Assembly (NCBI GenBank): GCA_002633005.1
Contig: NMRA01000394.1
Span: 124,001 to 188,000 of the forward strand
DNA length: 64,000 bases
Source: Phoronis australis
Taxonomy: Eukaryota; Animalia; Phoronida
Reading direction: 5' to 3'
Part shown: piece by piece, positions 1 to 13,269 of the stretch
Layout of the letters: each line of letters opens with the position of its first letter
Numbering within the stretch: position 1 is the stretch's first letter
Translations under genes and position numbers: made by a program
Notes under the pieces: model-generated
What the model was told of the DNA's origin: nothing
The model's database searches: none
What the model saw: the letters and a program-made list of their open reading frames with translations, nothing else

Positions 1-935
1 TTTTTGTCTATTTTCTAATGGTGCACCCAAAGGGTACTCATGCACGTGCAGGCCTGTACAAGATAGTCACTACTTACAGACCACGAATTATTGAGCCTCA
101 ACAATGTGCACAGACTAGGACAATTTGTGATTTGCACAACTGCAGGGTTTCGACAGTTTGTGCTGTTCCGACATATTAATGCCTAACAACGAGACATTCT
201 CCATCATGAGATTAAGAGGTCACGTTGCCCAAAGAACAACACAGCTACTCTCTCATGTTGCTGTCGAAACAAAGTACCCTGTGACAAAACAGCTAATTAT
301 TTAAAACGGCTTATTCTTACTAAAATGACCTGATTTTGGGCTTCAAAAGTGGAACCCCCTATAATAATATACATGTACGTGTGTGGCCAAAGAGCTCGGC
401 CTTTATGTTAGTATAGAAAGCCCAGTCAGAAGACTACCGAAGAGCGAGGCTTGCTGTATTAATACAGGCAGCCACGCGTTTAAGACTCCCGACATTAACT
501 AATATAGAATGATCCCGCAATCATACTCTGCATTTGTCTACTTTCGCTACGTTGAAGAGCTTCGGCCTTGCAGCATGACTGGAGCTACGAATTATGTACA
601 TAAACAAAAACTAATTTAAGTAAAAAGCTGTACAGACCCCCAGCAGTGATTTAAAGGCACTTACTGATTTGTGGCTAATGTCTGCTGGGAGACTATTCAA
701 CATGATAGAACACAATGTCATTTTCTTGGCTTTTGGCACACTGAGGTGTAGTCGGCACGTAAATTCATGACCAATGTCTTCGAAAACATAGAACACTTTT
801 CGCTACCACACGATTTGCAACAAACTTTATTAAAAACCATAAAAACAAGTTTGTGAATCATATAAACTTCAAGTATTTTATAATAACTAAAGGTTCGACG
901 CCTACAGTAGTTATTCACATTTTAAATGAACTTAC

Positions 936-3900
936 TCATTAAAAAGAGTGATGTCAGGTACCCACACCTTCTCGGGTGATATACTTAATGACGTAACTCC
1001 GTCAAACCGGGCAGGGTCCCAACGTAAGTATTCGTCCGTCCAATACTGAAACACTCAAATTTTGGTAATGGTCAAGTATCTTAAGCTAAAGTTTCAAGTG
1101 ACAAATCTCCATTTATCCTCATTTGGCACTATCACCCAACGACGGCCGTGTCCGCCTGTAGTTTCATCGTAGTGTCTCATATGTGATATAAAAATAATAT
1201 TCGCTGAAGTTGTTGAACAGCTGATATCGCCGACACGGATGTGGTATATCTAAACTCACGCAAAGCGTTACTGGCACATATCCAATCAGAAGAATTGGAA
1301 AAATATTTCCAAACATTTGAAGGTGAACGGTGGTTACAAATCATTACACTGTTTAGAATATGATCTAGTCGTAATTAATATTCTAAAACATATGAGATCA
1401 CACCAGGTTCAGTACGCGTTTTATTTATAACTTTGTTTAAAGACATTCTAGTCATTTAAGATGGCAAGGAACGCAAAAATCTAAATTGTATCATATAAAG
1501 CCGTGCTCTGCCACTGAAAGGGAGGGCAAACTGCTCGCCGGGTATTTTTATACGGTTTACTCTTAAAGATTTTGAATTTCTGTTGATGTCAAACCACTTT
1601 TCATTTAGTTTCAAATATCAAAAAACACCTGTCAGCTGCTGGTCACCTCGTCGATTTTTCTCCAATACGGCAAAGCACGCATCCTTATTTGTTATTGCAA
1701 GAAATAGACGTAGTACATTTCCCTTTTATGGTAAAAGTCGCATTTGATTTTTGGTGTAAACGAAACAACGGTGATTTCAGGCAGCAGCCATTAGTGTTTG
1801 CAACAATTGATGTAAGTTCTAACTGTTTAAAAATAATTACAGATAGCGTACACATGCAGTATTCAAAAATATTCCAAAATGTCCTTGGAAAATGTTTGCT
1901 GGCTAATTATTTGCGCGCATACGCGCATGTGTATTATTAGGGGCGGAGAACATGAAAACTGGGTTGGGATGAAATTGGTCATAATTTATTAGTAAGGTTT
2001 GTGTGTAAATACTGGTGAATCTAGCGTCTAAAAATTCCTGCAACATGCAAAGTAAACAACTCTCACGTTAGTATGAATAAGAGGTAGATTCACCACGATC
2101 TCTTTAGAGGGTACTTTATGAGTTCGCGTTCCAGGTCTATTTAAAATCCGAAAACTAATGTCATAGTTCAAATCTTCTTCGGTGCACTCACTTCTAAATT
2201 GATGTCAAGTCTACTGGCGATCCATTGGTTGGTATTTCGTAGAACATGATGGCTTGGTTGCTATGAGACCCACATCGGAACTTAACCTTGGCAATAATTA
2301 TTGTTAAGTGGCTAGAACCAAGTTTCACATTGGGACAAATCAAATGCAAATGGAACATTTTCTTCCGAAGAAAGCAATCACATATTCACGGAGACCTAAC
2401 TTTATAGTTTGAAACAAGATCAGGGTAGTGTTTAAGTTATCCTGTGTAAAGGTAACATGATTAAACAAAAACATAATTACGAGAACAGCAAAAACGAACT
2501 CTGAAATGTTAACTGAAGTGCCTACAGCTGTAGTATTGTTTGGCTTTCTGTAGATTTCCATAGTTTCTGTCATGGAGACCAGGAGCTCGTTCAAAGAAAC
2601 TGACTTAACTTCATTTTTGACATAAGATTTGCCTTAACTTCATAACTTTGAAACTTCCACATCCGTCGAGATAGTAAAAATTAAGACAAAACTTATATAG
2701 AAAACTTAAGTCAAACTTAAGATCTCTTTCTTGAAACGTTCTTGAAACAAATTTTATCTTTGAAAAACTTTTATCTTAAAATTTATTTATACTTAAGATT
2801 TGTCTTAGCTAAGCCAGTTTTGTTGGAGCCGGCCCCAGGCAAAAATGAAGATGAAGTGCCATTTTTTATTTGTATAGATAACGGTACCTTATTGTCCATT
2901 GAAGTGAATGGCACTTCCAACAAATAAATGTGCGTGGTGACCACGCAGTATTTACATGTATCGTATACCTACCAGCCTCATCCACACCATAGATTTTAAT
3001 ATTTGATTCTTCTCATCCTACAAAACCAAAACATTCGAACATAGTCATAATTGGTTTGCTCTATTTGCATTATAACAAACTAAAACCTATTGTTAAGGAG
3101 TCCAAACCAAGATTCATTACCTAATATGAATAACGCACTTTCGATTGAAGGACAGTCCGTCTGATAGGCAAGATGGTCTCAAACCCAAACAATGACGAGA
3201 ATTAGGGAAGGACGGGGACTGTGAAATTAGCGCCATTGTTTCACTTACATGTCATTGAAACGTGCAGTTAAAATTACCAATAGGGTGGTTTAGCATCGAC
3301 CTTGCAAACCGCATTTACGCTAGTGTCTGCTTTACATTGCTTTAAACAAGGAGCGTTTTACCCTTGTCAGCTTAACAGACTTCTAAAAAATGACGTTTCT
3401 GACTTTCAAATCTAGCACTGAATTAATCGATCGTTACAAAGTGGGTGGCTTAAGTTTCTATTACATTAAACCGATCTTAGCTGATTTAAGTATTGGTGGA
3501 GTATGGCTTAGGCTCACTAATAGGCGTGGAGGTAGGAAACACAGAATGTCGGCTTAAGGGTTGCCTCGTATGCTAACACAGTGGCGGATCTAGGATATCA
3601 CAAGGGGTTTGGGCCAACATTTTGTCTGTAAATATTTGCTCAAAGTACGATTGTAGATGCGCCTAACACCGAATGGGGGGAGGTCGGGAGGGGGGTTTCC
3701 CCCTGCCCAGGATTTTTGATTGTTTTTTCTTCTAAAAAACAAGCGTTTCCCTTGATTCCCGAAGTATTATCCAAGAAAAAAAGGCAAAAAACGAAGACGG
3801 TGTCAGCCAGGAAAAACTGCAGGTACCACAGAGTCGAACTCACTACCAAGCAGACATAGCGCGCGTACTTTACCACTCCACCACCACGATTTAACTCCTA

Positions 3901-6900
3901 ATTTGATACCAAGAGACCTACTTCTTTATGGTCCACAGCGTTCGTAACAAATTTGTTGTATTTAAAATTGTCTTCAAATGCCCAAAAGACCAAATCCGTT
4001 TTTTTGTGTTGACAAAGAGAGAATTGTGAGTTTCTGGGTGATTCACTAAGGCTTCGATTAAAATTCACATCTTACCAGCAGCTTCTTTTTTTTTCACCAT
4101 CACTCAGATTCCATTTTCTTTAAAAAATGAAGTAATTTTCTCCATTGCACAGTGGAGCAGACGACGGAAACGGAGTCGTAGTGCCCAGCGCCACTACCTG
4201 TCGCCTGAGATATCGCGGGAGAGCCCATACTTATCCGTAGTCCCGTTACGATTGCGCGTGTTCCCAATTTGACTCNTACTTTACCACTCCACCACCACGA
4301 TTTAACTCCTAATTTGATACCAAGAGACCTACTTCTTTATGGTCCACAGCGTTCGTAACAAATTTGTTGTATTTAAAATTGTCTTCAAATGCCCAAAAGA
4401 CCAAATCCATTTTTTTGTGTTGACAAAGAGAGAATTGTGCTGTTTTATTTGTTGTGGCAGCCCCCTAAATCCGCCTATGTAACAGTGGTAGTTGACATAT
4501 CCTCTCGATTTTTTCTCTGTTACACGTTTGATTGCGTTCCTTTAATGGACTCCCTGCCGTATTGCTTTGTCGGTAACAAGAAGGTTTTACCCTCATGTAT
4601 CCAAATTATTGGGAGCCACGTTCCCTGCCAGTCTTCCCCTTCATACGTATGCATACCTTTTTAATGAGGAAGGGTTGCCCCCGACTTCTTCTATGGGGAG
4701 AGGGATACTCAGTCCCGTTGTCCCAATACCCCTCGTTACGCCTATATGGGATTCCTAACGATCTGTTTGCAAATAGTAGGGTGGAATTAGTTAACGCAGA
4801 ATTCTCATGTTGCTCCGCAACGCGAATTACAACGCAGGAAAAGGTCCGTTCTTTCCTTCATCTCACATTACCTTCCTTTCAAAGTGTCGTTCGTCATTCG
4901 CATTTTCCGATATTTCCATCTCATTCGAAAGTCCATTCTTCCCATTTCTAGCCCGTCCTTCTTATAGCTGAAGTCCTTCCCAATATCAATTTGAACTTCA
5001 AATTTGAAGAAAAGGTATGCAAACGTACGGTAGTACTAACAATTTTTCGTGTTCTTGCATCATCATCATTTTTGGTCCTACTCGAATGACAAAACCTCAA
5101 AATGTATCGTGCTGAAGAGATTTTCGACCTGATGAATGCAGAAATAGTATTAGTTGACGACCCACGACTTCTGCAATTCATCTTTGCAAGACATGCTGGA
5201 GTTATGGGTGCAGTTATCCACTGACACCAAATAGATAGAAACAAAAAATGCAACAAGACGCGCAAGCCATTTAATAGATACCGAACTAGGAAGAAATCTT
5301 TTAGCGTTTCCGACTGTAACTTCTAAATAGACAACATTCATGAAAAGTATATTACTGTTTTTAATTATGTGAAGCTTTAGGGATCAGAAAGGAAATAGCA
5401 AGCTCATTTCCAATTCGGCGACTTTGTTAATATTTCATGATATTTTTGTCACGGTATGGCAATACCAATTGAAAAAGAGACCCATGTCCGAAAAATGAGT
5501 GTGATTTAGTATAACTTTAACTGACTTTTAGGGCCAAATTCCGACTCTATACTTATGAACTAGAAGAGCAATCGGGTTGAGTTTGCCTGGCAATGAATGA
5601 CTTACCATATCTATGATCTGGTGTATGGCCATACCCACTTCCACCGTTACAGGCTTTGAATAATTGACTACAGGTCTAACTTCTGGATCGTATGTTGCTG
5701 TTAAATTTCGAATCAAATTGTACTCCCCGCTCGAACAAAGGCTTACTGAAAATGGATTCATGTCAACATTATTATGAGTTTTAGTCAGTGCGGCACAGTT
5801 CACGTAGTATCAAAGGAAGTTTTCACTTGTTAAGAAGAATTGGGATCTTGATAAACCGATACGGCCACTGAATTATGACGCACATTTGGACCCTCATATA
5901 GCAATAGAAATGCAATAGCGTTGTCAAAAATCCACAGGTCTTGGATTTTTCCCCATTTAAGTAACCACCAAGTCATTTTGCACAGGAGGCTTTTGCAGAA
6001 AATACAGATCTGTATTAATCAGCGTACGCAGACAACGGTTGCACCCATTGGGTGCACCTGATGAGTAGCTAACGATTGCGATTCGCCAGGTTTATCGCCA
6101 GGTAATAACTTTCAAAGTCCTTAGTAATTTCCAGCGCTAGGTAAATATTATTGTCATTGTTTTCAAATTTTGAATTTCAATTTCTTGGACTGAGTCCAAA
6201 ATGTGACATCATATAAAACCATGCTCAATTGTTCAGATATAATGCTTTCTAGCGCTTCCTGTAGGTAGAACACAAAATTTAAAATACTAGGTTACGGTAG
6301 TCGTTTCTCACCCAACACATTGCGCTTTGAAGACAGCAAGAAAAACGCCACGGTATGTCTTATTGGCTAGAATGGTTTGAGGCTATTAATATGGTGGTTA
6401 TACATGTACGGTGTCAAAATTTCAGATAGAAACTGCAAATAATTGAAGTAAACTGTCTTCTATTTTTGTAGTTGAAATAATTTGTTCTTATTTTGTGACA
6501 ACCTACAGGGTATTTGACGTTTTGCAAACAATTATGGTGAATTTTAATGGAAACATCAATTTGTCGTTCTGCAATTTAAAAAGGATTTTCTAGTGTCCAC
6601 ACAATAATAAATTAAACCTTTTAACCATTCAAAGACATATGTTTATACGAGGGCATTATTTCTGCTGCCATTTTGATACAGAATGACAATACTTACTAAT
6701 GCAGTTTCTATTTCAAACCGATTTCTAATTGGTGCATAACATGATCTGAAATTGCGAATTGTGAGCGTGTTATCGTTGTCACGAAAATTTGCTTTCTGTT
6801 GTATACATGTAAGGTTAAATAGACCTGGAACGCGATCAGCATCTAATTTCTAATATTGAAAGTGCTTCCCTGCCACTGAAATTGAATTGAACCTGCTCAT

Positions 6901-8545
6901 CAAGTATTTTAAGGTTTTATTTCTGTTGAAAGCAATGCATTTTCTTTTGTTTCAAATTTAAAAAATAAAACGATCAGAACGTCTACTTAATTGGAATGGC
7001 AAGATAAAGATGTAGTACATTTCCCTTATATGGAAATGTGACCTTTGACATCAAGGGGCTTCAAGCAACTGACTGAGCGTATGCGAGCATTCATCATAAT
7101 TGGGAGGGAGATTAGAAACTACGTGGTAACCACATTTTTTTTCATTCACGCCTATTTCGAAAATCGTGAATGTTGTGATTTTTTCTGGAAATTAGCTCAC
7201 AAGGGAAATTGAATTACTCTGTATTAGACGTTGCGATATAGTGCTTTCGTCAGGAATTATTTAAAAGATATTTTGACAATCTTTCGCGTTCCATGCCTCT
7301 TTAAGATAATTTTTAGTAAAAAGTTTGTTTTTTCAACCTTTATCTACTGAAGAAATTACATATTCGTCGATTCCCAGCACTCTCCCACAAAAGCTTGAAT
7401 CTGCCAGACGAGAAAATTCCACTCTGCCCAGGAACGACGTTTCAAATTTTGGTAGGTCTTTGATTTGATTTGTTCGTGTTCTTTTTTTCTGTTTTTTTTT
7501 TTTTTTTTGCTTTTAAACTTGCCAAATCGACTCTCACAATTGCAAAAAACTCTGGGAAAAGCCAACCGAGCTCAGGGACCGACTCGTTGATCTTGCACTT
7601 TAACGTTTGTAGTATATTCATTTCGAATGGACCTTGTTTAGACTGGGTCGAAGGGGTTGTGGGGGGTCGAGGGGGTTTTAGAACAATCCCACTGTAACCC
7701 TTTCCTACATTCTTGATAAACAGTATCAAATTCATTCATTTGAGGCCCCACATGTACCTGCCTTTTCAGAATCTGTGTTTTCAAAGATTTGAATATTATG
7801 TAGCGATTTACAGAACTAAAAATGATTTGTAATTCTTAGGTTCAGAGCCAAGTAGACAACATAACATAACACGAAAATAAACTAGTTTTCAGTCATGTCA
7901 TTAAATTCTAAACTAAGGCAACACTACCTCGGATGAATGATGGTTGAACTTAAACGTAGTTTTGCAAATTCATCTGACCCAGCAATGAAATAGTCGCTTT
8001 GACTTATTAAACAAATTTGATGGCATTAAGTTAAGAATGTACATGTACGACGCTTAAGACGCAAGAGGGCACTTAGCAGCTTAACTGGTAATAATCTCAA
8101 AATACAACTGTTTATAACTAATGTTTTTCAGAAATCGTCAGAAAGCACTTACACGAATATAACTTTATGCATGCATGCTATCAAAATGAGTGCGTACAAA
8201 TACTTACAAAAAAGATATTCTACCATTACAAAATGCAAGGAGTGGAAAAAAGATGTTCAGAAGTGCATCTTAACATTTTTCTCAACCGTGATCATGTGGA
8301 TCAAAACGCAAATATAGTATCATTGTATCTCAGACTTCTGACAGTAAAGGTATACTAGAGCTACCTTTCAGAACAACTGGACGTCAAATAAAATCCATGC
8401 AGTGTTCTCTGTAAAAATCACAACAAACGGTAGTACAATGAAAAAAAACAAATGAAATGATACATACAGAATTCTGTTAGTGTATCCAAGATGACACATT
8501 ACCTGGTATAAAAGGTAAAATGACCAACAGAACTTGTGTCGTCAT
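936..8545 (-). CDS. Nicotinic acetylcholine receptor (Cys-loop) subunit gene A, first four coding exons; continues beyond the left edge of the window
   Basis: GT-AG exons 8503-8545 (MTTQVLLVILPFIP, signal peptide), 5606-5745 (VSLCSSGEYNLIRNLTATYDPEVRPVVNYSKPVTVEVGMAIHQIIDM), 2973-3017 (DEKNQILKSMVWMRL) and 936-1045 (YWTDEYLRWDPARFDGVTSLSISPEKVWVPDITLFN). Phases join in frame, and the 140/45/110-bp exon sizes are the classic nAChR pattern. Confidence 0.95.
1460..2140. mobile_element. Non-autonomous TIR element flanked by TTAA (Kolobok-like MITE)
   Basis: TTAA|gatggcaaggaacgcaaa ... ttcgcgttccaggtctat|TTAA. Internal blocks (tgccactgaaa; gtagtacatttccctt) are shared with 6819-7300. Confidence 0.65.
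2579..2839. mobile_element. Harbinger-like MITE; a related inverted copy lies at ~26412-26637
   Basis: Ends ccaggagctcgttcaaagaaactgacttaac / gctaagccagttttgttggagccggccccagg are imperfect inverted repeats. The interior is rich in cttaag. Confidence 0.5.
3579..4479. mobile_element. hAT-like MITE with 5-bp TSD, interrupted by the scaffold join at 4277
   Basis: taaca|cagtggcggatctagg ... cctaaatccgcctatg|taaca. Confidence 0.7.
3867..4439 (+). repeat. ~160-bp direct duplication across N4277 (3867-4028 vs 4278-4439)
   Basis: tactttaccactccacc...gagagaattgtg occurs twice, near-identical, with different downstream sequence. Confidence 0.9.
6819..7300. mobile_element. Kolobok-like MITE, same family as 1460-2140
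   Basis: TTAA|atagacctggaacgcga ... tcgcgttccatgcctct|TTAA: imperfect TIRs with a TTAA duplication. Confidence 0.75.
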
Positions 8546-10649
8546 GTCAGCTTCTCTTGTCCACCCTAGCTTTTTATTTCAAGTCTTGAACCTGGAAGAA
8601 ACAAGTCATTGTTTTCAGTAGTATTCAGTTCAATCGATTTCTAAAGTGAAACAACAAAAAGCAGCGATAGAGGCAAGAAGACTAAATTTACCAATTTAAA
8701 GATATTAATGTTTCGAACGTTAATTGGATTGGTTTGGATAGCATAGTTCATTTTCACGTTTGGGGAAAACCAACAAATCGAATTTGGTGGCAGTCGATTA
8801 TTGTTTAAAAGATATATTATCAATGTTTTGTAGTTAAGTTCATCATAAAGACGGACTCCAGGGAATCCACTAATTACTATGGTGAGCTGAAACAAAATCT
8901 TCAATCTTTAACGGATTGCTCCAAAACCAGTCGATTCCACGACCCCCATTACCCACAACCCGTTGGACCCACCACTTGGTGGCAACATGACCTGAAATAG
9001 AACGTGATCTGAAATAGCGAATTGTGAGCGTGCTACCGTTGTCACGGAAACAGTTTCACGAGTGGCTAACAATGTTCCTGTACATGTACTTAGGGGGAGA
9101 GTACGTTAACGTGAATGGACATAATTTCACATTTTTATCATTTGCTTTCTGTTGAATTCCCATTTACAACCATGTGACCTTTAGAGACTTTTTAGTTAAC
9201 AGTTTGTTTATTACTGCATTTACTGAAGAAATTACATATCCGTCGGTACCTCACCCTCACCCAAAAAGCTTGAACCTGCCATACACTGAAGAGCAGAGGA
9301 GACGATTACAGTTTGCCGGGAACGACATTTTTAATGTTGGTACATGTAGGTCTTTGATATGATTTGGTCGCGTTGTTTTTCTGTTTTTGGCTTTCAAACT
9401 TGCCGAATGGACTCCCTTAATTGCAAAAAAACAGGAAAAAGCGAGCCTAGCTCACGGCTCGACTCGTTTGTTTTGCAAGTCGCCGCCTCTATGTTCAGAT
9501 CGAGTCGAGCTTGTGTGGGGGTCGTGGTTCGAGGGCGTCGTGGGTCGAGGGCCGGTCGTTTGGTGTTGGGTTCGAGGGGGTCAATGCGGTTTTAGAACAC
9601 TCCAGGATTAACGGCCATGTACGCACAGGCAACGGTTGGAGACAACGTGTCCGTGTTTAAGAACCAATTTGATGCCCATTGATCAGTGTAGAAAAGTGTT
9701 TCTCAAAACTCGGACGAGTTATATCCGACCATTACCGTGAACACATCTACATGTATACAGTGTGTATATACTATTATGGGCCGAACTGGGTTCTTGTAGA
9801 GTTATCATTAATATCAACCCACGACCTCAGCGGCATGCTGTCGGCATTTTCCGATGGTAAGCCGCAGGACGAATATTCGCAAACTGGCATATTTTTGCTT
9901 TTTCAGTGTCCCAAATATAAGACCAGGAGTAGATTCGAAAAAGGCTTATAATGTTATTGATTGGCAAAAGCTATGAATCAGTTTATCCATGCAAAATAAC
10001 AGTTTTTACACCTCTCCCTAAGCATGGTGATCTCCGGTGATAAACGGACTCTGCAATTCCTAATTACTGTCAGCTCGAGATTGATCAAAATACTATATGA
10101 CATTATAAAAAAGGTTTGTGATAATCGAGACGTACCTGTCACGAAGCTAAGAGTATTTCAAATTATCGTCGTTTTTCAAGAGGGTTTTGCTCTTAAAATA
10201 CTAGTAAAAATTTTTCTCCGATGACAAGTAACTCGATTTCATATTGTTTGTTTAGCCAAAACAGTCATTGGATGTTTTAGCTTTGGCCAATTGGGACAGA
10301 GAATGCATTACTGAATATACGCATCCAGTGTTGCAATACGTTGGCGTTCTTCAATATCAATTAAGGTAGAATAAACAAGCTAATTCACAGGTGTTCTGCA
10401 TCCAAGTGCACGGGATAGTACTATTTTTTTCAACTTATAGTTTCGAATGAATATCGACCGTATTGTCAAAGGTTACTACAAAGCCTAGCCAAATTTGCAA
10501 TTTTGGAGCAGATTTAAAATGCCGATGATTTGAGTATCAATCTAGCCTGGCGCAAGTATTCATTATTTTAGTTAGCGCTCGATCCAAGTAAAAAATGAAA
10601 GTACTCGGAGGAGCGACACTTGGCGAAAATAACTGAAAAGACCTCAATG

Positions 10650-10716
10650 TAGACGATGGTGACGACGATGATGATGATGATGATGATGATGGTAGTGGGG
10701 ATGATGAACATGATGA
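10650..10716. repeat. (GAT/GAC)n microsatellite
   Basis: gacgacgatgatgatgatgatgatgatgat... Confidence 0.9.
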
Positions 10717-12030
10717 TAGGAATCATATGACGAACGAAGACGTCAAAAATTAGTAAGAAATAGGTTATAGTCTTGTTTAATAGCAGGTAAACAAACAAAA
10801 ATCCAAAAAAAATCTGTCAACAAAGCCGGGATCAGCGTTATCAAAACAATCTCGAATAATTCAAATAGTAGACGTCCTAGCAAAAAAATAGAAATACATT
10901 CTGAAAGCCCTATCAAAACTCTTTCAACCGAAGTAGTTTTGCATTTTTTAAATTGAAAGTCAAATATGTAAAAAACGGTAAGTCTGAGAAAAAATGTTAT
11001 GCGTCATCTGAAAGAATATACCTCAAGGAATCCACAAGAAAAAATGCACGTCGTTTATTCTTCCAGTTCAAAATGACACCGCAGAACAATTGAAAATGGG
11101 TGAAAAAGGGCCAGATGCGTCATGATGAAAGCAACTTCCGGATAAACAGAACTTCATAATAGCTAGTCACCGGAAACTTACACATAAAAAATTTCGAAAA
11201 AATTGGTCCTACAGTGCACCCTCTACAAGACAAAATGTTTTCGTTTCAAAATCGAGGTGCGCATGCGAAATTGCCAAAATCCACGCTACATGTACCTTAA
11301 ACCCGAAATATATGTAAATGATAACCAGCACATCTGTAGCATACATACAAAGATAGTTTTGATTTTCTGCAGTGTATGTCAAAGATTAGGGCCTCTATGA
11401 GCATTTGAATCTGAAATTGAACACAAGTTGGCCGCCACGTACGCCATCTTAGACCCGATCGTGACGAAAACCAATAGGCTTCAACCCCACCTCTTCTGGA
11501 ACTACAGGTGTTTAAATTTTGTGCAGATGGGACGGCTTTGTACGTCAACCATTGCGGCCTTTATAAGCATTTGAATCTGATTTCGAAAACAAAACGGCTG
11601 CCAGGTGCGTCATCTTGAATCCGGTCATGATATAAAAACGACAGAATTACAGCAGGTCCAGAACTAGAGGTTGTGGGGGAATTTCGTGAGAATCGGATAT
11701 CTTTTTGAAGAAATTGACATTTTGCATTTCTTTTGAAATTGAAATGCAAACATCTCGAAAAAATATTATGAGCATTAGTTGATGTCGAATGGCACATTTT
11801 GCACTCTACGCTTTACCGTGGATGTTGGCGATTGAACTAGGACAACCTGGAGGTATTTATGGTATTTATTGGTTTCGATGTCAACAAGTGTAACTAGCGA
11901 ACTTGTTGCTGTTACAGATATAATGTTTGAGTTAAATTACTCTCAAATTTGACATGCTTGGAGCTATTCCGGAAGTGCCCGGCAGGCGGCCATATTGGAT
12001 AGCAGTTGTATACATTTATCTTTATTTAGT

Positions 12031-12261
12031 GTACTGTTGAGGGCTGATTAAAGTTGCCTGTGGTCCAATTGACCCAAAACCACCCGACCGTCAGCTCGCG
12101 CAAGGTACTCGTTTGCAGACAATAGGGCGGTCCTGGATTACACAGAGACACTCGAATCTCTCCACAAGCATCTGTCACGCACATTTGGTGCCTCGTTTTT
12201 GTGGCACTGGAGTTTCACAGGTTATTTGTTGTTTTTCTTGGTTACATTAATCTGTTCGTCT
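12031..12261 (+). repeat. 231-bp direct duplication, copy 1 (truncated by N at 12262)
   Basis: gtactgttgagggctgattaaag...ttaatctgttcgtct matches 37866-38096, with no differences seen by eye. Confidence 0.95.
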
Positions 12262-13269
12262 NATCGTCAACATTGCAGTAAATTACAACCCTTGAATCGT
12301 TTTCTGTAAATTATATTCCATAGGCAATCTGGCCGGGAGCTAGTCGATCCGGTAGCGGTCCCTGATTTTGAGAACCAGTCTTTTCCACTCAATATTCAAT
12401 AACGGGCCGTTATTCACTGATTACCTGTTAGGGCAACTAGCAGTCTGTATTGACTCGAGTATTGTGTACACGTACAGGGCCCTCATTCATGGAATGGGAA
12501 AGGTGCCTGTGCCGGTAATATTTCAGGGTTAGGAAAATTCCACCTCCCAATCACAGGCGTCCTCAACTTCTGATCGTTCCCAATTACACTACTACAAGGT
12601 ATGACACTCCAGACTAGAAATTCCGCAGATGCTTCACTTCAGCCGTCCATAGCAAACACGAAACTAAATAATTTTCAAGAAATAGAAGTTCAGCAAACCA
12701 ATTCTATTTACAGTGTCCAGCTCATAAAACTGCTGAGTGTGCTAACCATTGAGCTATATGGGCAATTGCCCGGTAACGAGTAGCTAACAGAGGTTTATAT
12801 GATTCACCGGAAGCACATCTACAACATCTTTAATTCTTTCCATCTAGAACATATACTCCCATTATCAAATTTTTGTTGAGCAGTCCTTCGTTCAGTTTTC
12901 AAAACCGGAAACTGGTCATTTTTACGCAGCGCACGCCAGGCGATATTTTGTCACACCACCTGCCGTGCTCAGGTGTGGCTGTCTAAGAAACATACAAATT
13001 ACTCTGCTGGATAACACACATTCTTGGAGCTAACATGGCCAGATGCTACAGTATATCTCGTGGTCTACTATGCATCGTGTCACGTTCCTTAACCAACAAT
13101 TTGTCTCTTGTGCTTGAGTCACAAATGTGTCTTGTCACTTCTATGCTAGTTTGTGTCTCAGTCTTCATCACGTGTTGTGATGCTTTTTAGATATGTCATA
13201 TTGTCTTCCATTAAGTTACATTATTTTACTACTCTCTTGTCAATATTTATGAGTTGGAATATTTTGCAG

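Noticed and set aside
10568-10798. Hydrophobic poly-Ile ORF
   Set aside because: It is a translation of the (GAT)n microsatellite.
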